Shown piece after piece: positions 42,585 through 50,241 of a stretch of DNA of 64,000 nt. Every line of letters starts with the position of its first letter. Position 1 is the first letter of the stretch. This DNA is from Methanomicrobiaceae archaeon (GTDB lineage: Archaea > Halobacteriota > Methanomicrobia > Methanomicrobiales > Methanoculleaceae), in contig JALHIW010000005.1 of assembly GCA_022837745.1 (NCBI GenBank), positions 16,458-80,457 on the forward strand. Direction: 5' to 3'. The translations under genes and the position numbers were made by a program. Under the pieces are notes generated by a model, which searched no databases, had not been told where the DNA came from, and was given only the letters and a program-made list of their open reading frames with translations.

Positions 42585-43325
42585 ATGCAACTGCCACGCG
42601 GCCGGTTCCACAAGATCATCAAGTCCACGGCAACCCCCGCTCTGATCGAGGAGATGAGAGCAGCAAAGTTCACCGGGATCTGTAAGATTCTCCTTGGCAG
42701 CGAGAGCGCGACACTGGTATTGAACGAGGGTTCGGTGGTGCTTGCCGAGTACGGAGGGCTGAATGGGTATCAGGCACTTGACGGGGTGCTTGGGAGCGAG
42801 GAGGAAGCAGGTGTTGAATTGAACCTTCTGACGCCCGAGCAGGTTCGACTCTCCCAGGAGTTTAACCACCAGTGTGCGATCGAGGTGCCCGCAACAGGAA
42901 AATCCGGGAAATCGCCAGCGAAAAGAGGTGTTCCAGAAGGAGCAAAGCCGGCCGCCCCCGGAAAACAACCAGCAGGCGGTGGTATTTCCAGAGATGTGAA
43001 ACCAGTTACAGATGTTAAACCTGCAAAACCCCCGAAAGCAGGTACGGTTCCAGAAAGGTCAGATACCGCCCCCGGCGTGGGAAAAAGTTCTTCCGCGCAC
43101 AGCCCTGAACCTGCCGCCGAGACGCAGAGCATTCCCCGGCCTGAAGCCAAACCCGCGCAGGAGGTGGCCGGGACATCTCAACCGGAAGGTAACGAGATTG
43201 ACACACTCCTCCGGAATATGGAAGAGATAAACATCGAGCACCTTGTCAGCAACTTCAGGACGAACTGCAAGGAAATGCTCAAGAAGATTCACCTGGATCA
43301 TCTCATCAAGGACAACGAAACATAA
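42585..43325 (+). CDS. Hypothetical protein (DUF2226-like N-domain with low-complexity linker)
   Basis: MQLPRG start, FTGICKI, Pro/Lys-rich linker; first gene of a run ending in minD. Confidence 0.6.
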   Translation: MQLPRGRFHKIIKSTATPALIEEMRAAKFTGICKILLGSESATLVLNEGSVVLAEYGGLNGYQALDGVLGSEEEAGVELNLLTPEQVRLSQEFNHQCAIEVPATGKSGKSPAKRGVPEGAKPAAPGKQPAGGGISRDVKPVTDVKPAKPPKAGTVPERSDTAPGVGKSSSAHSPEPAAETQSIPRPEAKPAQEVAGTSQPEGNEIDTLLRNMEEINIEHLVSNFRTNCKEMLKKIHLDHLIKDNET

Positions 43326-43345
43326 CTTCAGGGGCTGATAACAGA

Positions 43346-43858
43346 ATGGATTCAACCGGTATCATCCAGTTTTTTCTGATCCTCCTCACGATAATAACAA
43401 TGACGGGTTTTGCCGCAATTACCTATTACCTCGCGGAGATCAGTCGTGTTCTCAACATGGCAGGCCCTCCGCAGGTGCCGTTGCCGCCAGCGGAGACACT
43501 AAGCCCGGCCCGCAAGGAGCCCACCATCGAACCCCCCCTCAAACCTGGCGTCATGGGGAGCCTGGAAGAGGCTCTTGGTCTGATCAGCAGGAAATACAGT
43601 CTTGAATCCATAACCCTGGCTACCGCTGACGGCCTCCTGATCGCCTCAACGAAACCGGGGAGCGAGGACGAAGCCGCGCGTTACAGCCACCTCTACACGC
43701 AGGGGAAACTCCGCGGTGAGAATGGAATCGAACTCCTTGGCATGTCTCATCGTGGAGAGACGGTGATAGCAATCACCCGCTCTTCGGCACCCATCTCCGA
43801 TGACCAGAGAGACGCACTCGAAAAGGATATACAGAACACCCTGCAGCACTGGGTATGA
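43346..43858 (+). CDS. Membrane-anchored Roadblock/LC7-like protein
   Basis: N-terminal TM helix and ITLATADGLLIAS strand motif. Confidence 0.6.
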   Translation: MDSTGIIQFFLILLTIITMTGFAAITYYLAEISRVLNMAGPPQVPLPPAETLSPARKEPTIEPPLKPGVMGSLEEALGLISRKYSLESITLATADGLLIASTKPGSEDEAARYSHLYTQGKLRGENGIELLGMSHRGETVIAITRSSAPISDDQRDALEKDIQNTLQHWV

Positions 43859-43889
43859 GACCAACCAGACCGAAACACCGAGTGGTTAC

Positions 43890-44678
43890 ATGGTAAAGGT
43901 ATACACAATTGCTTCCGGTAAAGGCGGTACAGGGAAGACCACGGTCACAGCAAATCTGGGGGCGATGCTTGCCCGTTACGGTAAGAAGACCTGCATTCTG
44001 GATGCCGATGTCGGCATGGCTAACCTCGGGCTCATTCTCGGGCTTGACGAACTGCCCGTGACCCTGCACGAGGTGCTGGCCGGTAAGGCGCGTGTCAGGG
44101 ATGCCATCTATGAAGGGCCGTTCGGGGTAAAGGTTGTCCCATCCGGACTCTCTCTACAGGGATTCCAGCACTCAAACCCCGATCGGCTTAAAGACGTCAT
44201 GACGGATCTCGTGAGCGAGTTCGATATACTGATACTGGATGCTCCTGCAGGGATCAGCAGGGACGGTGTCATCCCGCTGACTCTCGCCGACGGCGTGATC
44301 CTGGTGGTAAACCCCGAGATATCTTCGATTGTCGATTCCTTAAAGACAAAGATCCTGACCGAGACCGTCGGCGGGCATATAGAGGGGGCGATCATCAACC
44401 GGGTCGCAAGCAGCGGAAACGAGTTCAACACAGCCCAGATGGAGAAACTGCTTGGAACCAGGGTGATCGGGGTCATACCCGAGGATCCAAACGTTCGACG
44501 CGCGTCCGCGGGAAGGACACCGGTCGTTGTTAAGTATCCCGCATCCAGCGCATCCCGTGCCTTCAGACGCATCGCAGCGGATGTGGCAGGCATCGAGTAC
44601 ATCGAAGAGGAAACTGCGGGCGTCAAGGAGAGTTTTGTCGAACGGCTGGCCCGCGCTCTCTTCCGGTCAAAGACGTAG
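43890..44678 (+). CDS. minD: MinD-family ATPase
   Basis: SGKGGTGKTT, DADVGMANL and ILDAPAG motifs. Confidence 0.92.
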   Translation: MVKVYTIASGKGGTGKTTVTANLGAMLARYGKKTCILDADVGMANLGLILGLDELPVTLHEVLAGKARVRDAIYEGPFGVKVVPSGLSLQGFQHSNPDRLKDVMTDLVSEFDILILDAPAGISRDGVIPLTLADGVILVVNPEISSIVDSLKTKILTETVGGHIEGAIINRVASSGNEFNTAQMEKLLGTRVIGVIPEDPNVRRASAGRTPVVVKYPASSASRAFRRIAADVAGIEYIEEETAGVKESFVERLARALFRSKT

Positions 44679-44727
44679 CGCTGGGAAGGCCATTTTGTTT
44701 TTTTTAGTTCCATACTAAAACCTCGAT

Positions 44728-45468
44728 TTAGTTGCACTGGAGTAAACACCGGTAGATCTCACTGTCAACAGGTGGATCGGTGATCACAGATCCCTCTCCC
44801 CAGATGCGGTCATCGCCGCAAGCGGCGTTCTCACCAATGATACCGATCCAAACGTTGCTCTGGTGGGTCTCATCCAACGCATGATACCACGCGTGACGCA
44901 CCTTATAATTGTTAAAGAGCTTGTTTGCGACGGCCGCCCCATCCTGGGCGTAGTCGTAGCCAACCGTGTCGAACCCGCAAACCAGATGGGCACCATTCAA
45001 AGCCCAATGTGGCCACGCTTTGAATTCTCCGGGGACTTGAGCGGTATGGCACGAATGCAGCAAGATCCATTCCAGATCCTGATCGCCCCAATTACAGTCA
45101 TGAAAGTATACCCAGGCGAGAACAAGCGGGAGACCATCCAGAAGGATGCAACTGTCGTCACCGTGTCCTGCCCAGAAGGCGAGGTCTACGCTATCGACAT
45201 GGGCTGCATCTGAATCCCAGTCCCCTATATAGATGTTACACCCCCACCCGGCATTATCGAACACTTCATAGAAGCCTTCGGCAATGGCGGGTGAGTTTGG
45301 CAGGTTGTTCCCGGTGTTATAGTTCTGTTTGTACTCCACCCCGAATTCCGGGGAGATCGCGTCGGAATCGTCGCCCGTCCCGGCACTGACCGGGGCCATG
45401 CATGCCATCCCCATGAAAGCCGTCACCAGGAGCACAGAGAGCACCCGCGCTCCGATGTTTCTGTTCAT
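44728..45468 (-). CDS. Secreted DUF6345-like protein
   Basis: Signal peptide; VDLAFWAGHG, WGDQDLEW...SC and CGF motifs. Confidence 0.7.
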   Translation of the reverse strand: MNRNIGARVLSVLLVTAFMGMACMAPVSAGTGDDSDAISPEFGVEYKQNYNTGNNLPNSPAIAEGFYEVFDNAGWGCNIYIGDWDSDAAHVDSVDLAFWAGHGDDSCILLDGLPLVLAWVYFHDCNWGDQDLEWILLHSCHTAQVPGEFKAWPHWALNGAHLVCGFDTVGYDYAQDGAAVANKLFNNYKVRHAWYHALDETHQSNVWIGIIGENAACGDDRIWGEGSVITDPPVDSEIYRCLLQCN

Positions 45469-45477
45469 TGTCGTTTT

Positions 45478-45640
45478 CCTCCAACCTTTTCCCGGAGGCA
45501 GGAGAGGCGCACGTTTAAGTACGCAGAACGCTTACGTTCCCTTTGCCTCCGGGCTTGCGGGGCTCTATCATCCGGGCGTCAACCGTGGATGGGGGGACCC
45601 CACGAACTTTTGCAGACGCATCATCGAGGCGCCCCCACAA
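45478..45640 (-). ncRNA. Conserved structured 5' leader, copy A (candidate cis-regulatory RNA)
   Basis: Lies between TATA 45660-45667 and SD; stems covary with copy B. Confidence 0.65.
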
Positions 45641-45905
45641 GGACATGGACGTAAGTTTATTTATAAATTCTGTCCCATTCCTTTACATGTTCTGGGGCTG
45701 TTACCAAAACTGCCGAAAACAAATCCTCCTCCTGAGGTAAAAACACAGGAGATCATTCTTCTTGCGACGGTGTGTGCAACCGTTTCCGGCTGGCAACCCT
45801 CAAGGGACGCGATGAGAAACAGGATACGGGAAAAGTTCCGATACTCAATATGACCAGCGGGAAAAAGAGAGTGTACTTACTCCGCCACAGGAACGAGCTG
45901 GATAC

Positions 45906-46319
45906 CTACCTCCCAAGCGCCCGCACAAACCGCTCCCGGATCTCGGCCGGGGCGAGAGGGATGTTTCCGACCGGTGCGTTCCCGGGATTCAGAACAACGT
46001 GGATGAAGTTCGGTCCCCGGCCCCGGCTCTCCCATGCCTCCTCGAGTTCCTCCTCGTCCTGCACCTTGCACGTATTCCGGATCCCGGCGGCACGGGCGAG
46101 GAGCTCCATGTCCACCAGACCGGAGGCCGGGGTAGGCTGGTTTCCCGTGCTCCCGAAGGCCCCGTTGTCCAGGCAGACGATCGTGAGGTTCTTCGGGGCC
46201 TCGGCGGCCACCACCGGGAGGACGGCGGTCCCGAGCAGGCTCCCATCGCCGTCGAGGACGACGATGATCCCTGCCGTTTTGAGCCGGTTCCTTGATTTTG
46301 GATTCTTGTCTTCTTCCAT
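45906..46319 (-). pseudogene. Chimeric fragment: unrelated N-terminus fused to the C-terminal part of a TPP-binding sulfopyruvate decarboxylase (ComE-like)
   Basis: DGDGSLL...LDNGAFGSTGNQPT TPP motif is preceded by only about 20 non-homologous residues. Confidence 0.7.
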
Positions 46320-46344
46320 TTCGGTTACACCTCCCAACCCGGTC

Positions 46345-46794
46345 TTAGTGGAGCAGAACGCGAGTAGAGTAATATGCACCCTCGTACTCAAGGTATGGCC
46401 GGTCCCCCTCCCTTGCATCGATACCGAACGACTCGAGGAGTACAAGATGTTCTGTACCCGTTACCGGAGCTCTCCCAATCTTGCGTTCGTCGGGATCGTC
46501 ATTGGGGCTGCCCTCCAGTTTCCATGGATGGGGATCTCTGTTATCTCCCCGGATCACCTAATTGAGCGCCGGAAACTGTTCTAAATCCTGTTCGGTCAGG
46601 TGAATGATGGAGGCGTTTTCCAGATGCTCTCCCCAGACTTCCCGCACATCCAGATCCTGCGGAAGGCCATCGACTCCCGTGATCAGGGCAACGAGGGTGG
46701 TACATGTGAGCGCGACCGTCGCGACAAGGAGGGCAGCGCCGATGAACGCAAGGACTCCCATTATAATCAGACGTCTGTTGAATTTCGATTCCAT
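46345..46794 (-). pseudogene. Membrane-anchored hypothetical protein split by an in-frame TAG at 46558-46560
   Basis: ORFs 46558..46794 and 46345..46557 are in one frame, separated only by the amber codon. Confidence 0.7.
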
Positions 46795-46965
46795 ATAACC
46801 GCCCTCATCTCCTTCATCGGATTCTGCCGGGAGGGGATCGTCCTATTTCCATACCAGTGGTTCCCATTAATTTTTCTATCACACGTTTTGCTTCAGATTT
46901 CCGTATCCAAACCTACAGAGCCAGGATAATATCTTTTCAACGGGAAGGGCGGCGCGTTCACGCCC

Positions 46966-47454
46966 TCACAAGCCCGCTGGAGCAGAGATATTCAACTTTC
47001 TTTCGAGTATAGTCGATGTGAGCGAAAACTGCCCTTCTCCAGATTCGGGTGAGGAAAGCGATACGCTCATCAATCCCGAACCCATCTGCCCGGATTCTAG
47101 AGAGGTGCTATATGGTCTCCCAGCAGGATCCCAGACCGTCAGGGTGAAGACCGCTATTTTCTCGTCGTTGGGCTCATCGTTCCGGATGTCCCTCCACGTA
47201 GCTGTGAAGGTGCTCCCTCCGATCCCGGCCTCAACGAAAGGAACCGGGTTAGAAAACGACATGTTTCTCTCGGGGTCGGCAGAAGCATCGCCGAGATAAT
47301 AGGTACCATGGGAGATATTGTCCAGAAAGACAATTCTGCCGCCCAAAGTGGTAGTATTCACCACAGCATCCTCCCTGGCATACGACATCACATACGCCAG
47401 AGCACCGGCAAGACCTACCATCAAGACGATGACACACACTATTTTCCTGTTCAT
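46966..47454 (-). CDS. Secreted/membrane-anchored hypothetical protein
   Basis: N-terminal hydrophobic helix; FTAT...LTVWD motif shared with the upstream gene. Confidence 0.7.
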   Translation of the reverse strand: MNRKIVCVIVLMVGLAGALAYVMSYAREDAVVNTTTLGGRIVFLDNISHGTYYLGDASADPERNMSFSNPVPFVEAGIGGSTFTATWRDIRNDEPNDEKIAVFTLTVWDPAGRPYSTSLESGQMGSGLMSVSLSSPESGEGQFSLTSTILERKLNISAPAGL

Positions 47455-47508
47455 AATGACCACCACTGCGGTTCAAAAATAGTGCATCCATGAAGATGCA
47501 CCCCCTTT

Positions 47509-48012
47509 TCAGGCAAAGTCAAGGTCGCCGATGTAGGGACCCCCAACTGCCATCGTAGTATCGAACCAGTCGTGGGTCTCACACCACAGTTCATACTGAG
47601 CGTCGCCGCTGCCCTGTGAATTGAAGGTCACGCTGATTGTACCACTGGTCGCCCAGTCAACCCTTTTTTCGGTAGTGTGCGCCACGCCCAGGGCGTCCCA
47701 TACCGTCAGACGGTAGATTGCCCCCTGGCCGTCATTGTCCCGGTCGTTATCATTGCTGTACGTCGCCGTGAAGGTGTTCTGCCCTGCCGGAGCAGTGACG
47801 CACCCCACACCGGCCACGCTTGCCGTATTGCCGTCGCCATCGGTAGACATGCTCCCCAGATGTATGGTGGCCAGAATCCCGATGTCGCCCGTATTCTCCT
47901 CTACAGACATTTCAGAATCGGCTTGAGCCGCAGAAACTGCCCCGGCGGATACCGATACAAAGAGTATCAGTACTGCCAGCATTGACAGAAGCCCGTTTCC
48001 TTTCTTCATCAT
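47509..48012 (-). CDS. Secreted hypothetical protein
   Basis: MKK signal peptide, GGAGGT SD and FTAT...LTVWD motif. Confidence 0.8.
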   Translation of the reverse strand: MMKKGNGLLSMLAVLILFVSVSAGAVSAAQADSEMSVEENTGDIGILATIHLGSMSTDGDGNTASVAGVGCVTAPAGQNTFTATYSNDNDRDNDGQGAIYRLTVWDALGVAHTTEKRVDWATSGTISVTFNSQGSGDAQYELWCETHDWFDTTMAVGGPYIGDLDFA

Positions 48013-48017
48013 CAGGT

Positions 48018-48178
48018 ACCTCCGTTTTCGGTTCCCGGAGGCACACGCACACGTTTAAGTCTGCAGAGTGTGTACACTCTCATTGCCTCCAGGCACGCGG
48101 GACGTTCACCCGCCGTTTGGCATATCAGCCGGGTGGACCTCCGCACTGGTGCAGGCGCCGCCTGCGGCACCTACAAGT
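48018..48178 (-). ncRNA. Conserved structured 5' leader, copy B
   Basis: 48050-48093 aligns without gaps to 45510-45553, with compensatory changes. Confidence 0.65.
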
Positions 48179-48210
48179 GTTCACTTGTCAGTTTTGAGAT
48201 AAACCGTTTA

Positions 48211-48228
48211 TGGGACAAACACCAATTC
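48211..48228 (-). promoter_or_regulatory. 18-bp operator, copy 1 (GAATTGGTGTTTGTCCCA on minus strand)
   Basis: 7 nt upstream of the TTTATC box at 48198-48203. Confidence 0.7.
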
Positions 48229-48529
48229 GACACGCGACTTTTCTGGAAAATAGCAGGGATAACGCCCCGGGATCGCCATAGACAACTCCACCTGCATGAG
48301 ACCCTCACAGGAGAATTCCCTCCCGATGGAAAATGCAGGGCTGGTATGAGCAGCATTGTTCCGGGAGATTCGGTACTGGGGTTCCCTCCCCGTGCGTTGC
48401 GCGCAGGCCGTCCCGCTACGCCCGCACCGCACCAATCTCTTCAGATATAGTGGCTCCAGGCACGGTACGGCCGTGTTGCTCCTCAAACACGTTCACCTCC
48501 AGGAAAGGAAGAGGGCAGAGACGAGAATA

Positions 48530-48547
48530 GAATTGGTGTTTGTCCCA
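48530..48547 (+). promoter_or_regulatory. 18-bp operator, copy 2
   Basis: Identical to copy 1; 7 nt upstream of CATAAA at 48555. Confidence 0.7.
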
Positions 48548-48582
48548 GAAAACTCATAAAGTGCGGATCACAACTATCCATC

Positions 48583-49035
48583 ATGGCATCAGCAAAGAGG
48601 AAATGTATGGCTTTTGCCCTGCTGCTCGTCGTATCCTTCCTTGCCGTGCCCCCGGTGGCGGCAACGGAAGGTGACGGCTACACGGTTCGGCCCTCGGGAT
48701 CAGACGACCTGGTGACGACCCTGCGGCTCTCCGACAGTATCGGGCAGGGTGAGACCAACAGGCACCAGTTCTATGTCGGAAGCGGCGTCGCATATCTCGA
48801 AGTATACCTGAACTGGGGATCGACCTCCGATTCCCTGGCGTTGACTATATACGCTCCTTCAGGGAGCAAGATCGGCACGTTCCACGACAACGCCGACGGA
48901 GTTGTAGATGGTAAAATTCATATAGACATTGACCCGGATAGTAGTTATGTAAGCCAGGGGACGTGGGCGTTCGATGTATACGGTGAGAAAGTTTCATCAG
49001 AGAGATCATACACCTTCAACGTCTACCCGTACTAG
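48583..49035 (+). CDS. Secreted stand-alone PPC (pre-peptidase C-terminal)-like domain protein
   Basis: Signal peptide; LNWGSTSDSLALTIYAPSG...GTWAFDVYG beta-sandwich motif. Confidence 0.8.
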   Translation: MASAKRKCMAFALLLVVSFLAVPPVAATEGDGYTVRPSGSDDLVTTLRLSDSIGQGETNRHQFYVGSGVAYLEVYLNWGSTSDSLALTIYAPSGSKIGTFHDNADGVVDGKIHIDIDPDSSYVSQGTWAFDVYGEKVSSERSYTFNVYPY

Positions 49036-49819
49036 GCCAGGCAGACTTCTCCGGCTGTTCACCCTCTCGGTCCTCTTTTTAGTGCTGCTGGTAACGGTTG
49101 CCGATGCCACCGAATACACGGTCCGGCCTTCGAGAAACGTCGGAAAAGAGCCCGGCATGTCCGTATCTGGCGAGAAGGTGCAGGAGATCGACCCGATCCC
49201 GCTCTGGCTCTTCCTGTTGCTGTCTGTTTTCCCCCAGTTGGCAGCGGCCCCGATCGAGACCCTTCTTCCCCTGAAGACCGTCGGATATCTCGGGTACAAG
49301 CGGATCTGCAAAGAAAACGCTCTTGAGAGTCCGCAGAGACGCAAGATCTTGAGATTTGTCAAGAGGAACCCTGGATTGCACTTCAGGGAGATATTGAGGC
49401 GTGTACCTCTGACGCGGGGGACGCTTGATCACCATATGAAAACAATGGAATCCGTGGGCCTCTTAAAGACGGTATCGGGAAGAGGGAGGGTTCATTATTT
49501 CGTCGCAGATTCATCATATTCGGCCGAGGAAGAGATCCTTATCACCGTACTGAGGAATGAGAGTCTGCGGAGAATTATAACAGAGATCTATCTCAATCAA
49601 GGTGCATGCAACGAAGAAATTGCAGAAGACGTCGGACTATCCGGAGCTACAGTTTATGAACATCTACGATACCTGAAAGATCTGGGTGTTGTGATCGCTG
49701 AGAGGGACGGGCGGTGTGTGCGGTATACCCTCGCCGAGAGTTATTCTCGTATACTGGCGGGTATGCGGATCATTATACCGAACCGGCCCGGAATGCGGCT
49801 GATCCCGCCGGATAGATAG
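48974..49819 (+). CDS. Membrane-anchored tandem winged-helix transcriptional regulator
   Basis: Two hydrophobic segments, then NPGLHFREILR...RGTLDHH and LSGATVYEHLRYL; start uncertain. Confidence 0.8.
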   Translation: MYTVRKFHQRDHTPSTSTRTRPGRLLRLFTLSVLFLVLLVTVADATEYTVRPSRNVGKEPGMSVSGEKVQEIDPIPLWLFLLLSVFPQLAAAPIETLLPLKTVGYLGYKRICKENALESPQRRKILRFVKRNPGLHFREILRRVPLTRGTLDHHMKTMESVGLLKTVSGRGRVHYFVADSSYSAEEEILITVLRNESLRRIITEIYLNQGACNEEIAEDVGLSGATVYEHLRYLKDLGVVIAERDGRCVRYTLAESYSRILAGMRIIIPNRPGMRLIPPDR

Positions 49820-50023
49820 CCCCGGGGAGTGATATCAGCGGCCTCATCTCTCAACTGAGGTTTGACCCGGACTCCCACGTTGGCGATCATTCCTCGTGAC
49901 GCCCGGCCCCGAGTGCGCACCCTGCTGCACACCAGTCTTTTGGGGGAAGCACCGGAGTATCAGGTTCCGATACCTGCACTCCTGCTCTTTTTCCCTGAAC
50001 TTGAGGTCTCTGAGCGCCCGGAT

Positions 50024-50041
50024 GAATCGGCGTTTGTCCGA
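50024..50041 (+). promoter_or_regulatory. 18-bp operator, copy 3 (15/18 match)
   Basis: GAATCGGCGTTTGTCCGA, 7 nt upstream of TATAAA at 50049. Confidence 0.65.
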
Positions 50042-50074
50042 GAAACGGTATAAAGAAGGACAGCGAAGTCTCCA

Positions 50075-50215
50075 TCGGGGAAGCCGCACGCGGTATCCCG
50101 AGGGGGCCGGGTGTCTCGATTGGCGTCGGATCCCGGACTCCCACCGCGTGCCCGGAGGGCAATAGGGCTGTTGGCTGTCATCGGGGATAGCCGTTGTGGT
50201 TCTGCGGTCTCCCAG
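50075..50215 (+). ncRNA. Diverged copy C of the structured leader
   Basis: CCGCGTGCCCGGAGGGCAAT at 50144-50163 nearly matches copy B CCGCGTGCCTGGAGGCAAT; similar upstream stems. Confidence 0.45.
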
Positions 50216-50241
50216 AGCACGCATGAATGAGGTGAAAACCA

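Noticed and set aside
45478-45560. Assigning the leader to c-di-GMP-I (GGCAAA, CUAAAC), c-di-AMP (CGUAAGCGUUC), ykkC (AAGCCCGG) or pistol ribozyme
   Set aside because: Each match is a short fragment, mostly in copy A only, and the other obligatory nucleotides and topology are absent
48211-48547. 337-bp MITE with 18-bp terminal inverted repeats
   Set aside because: No target-site duplication; a third unpaired copy with identical TATA spacing favours an operator
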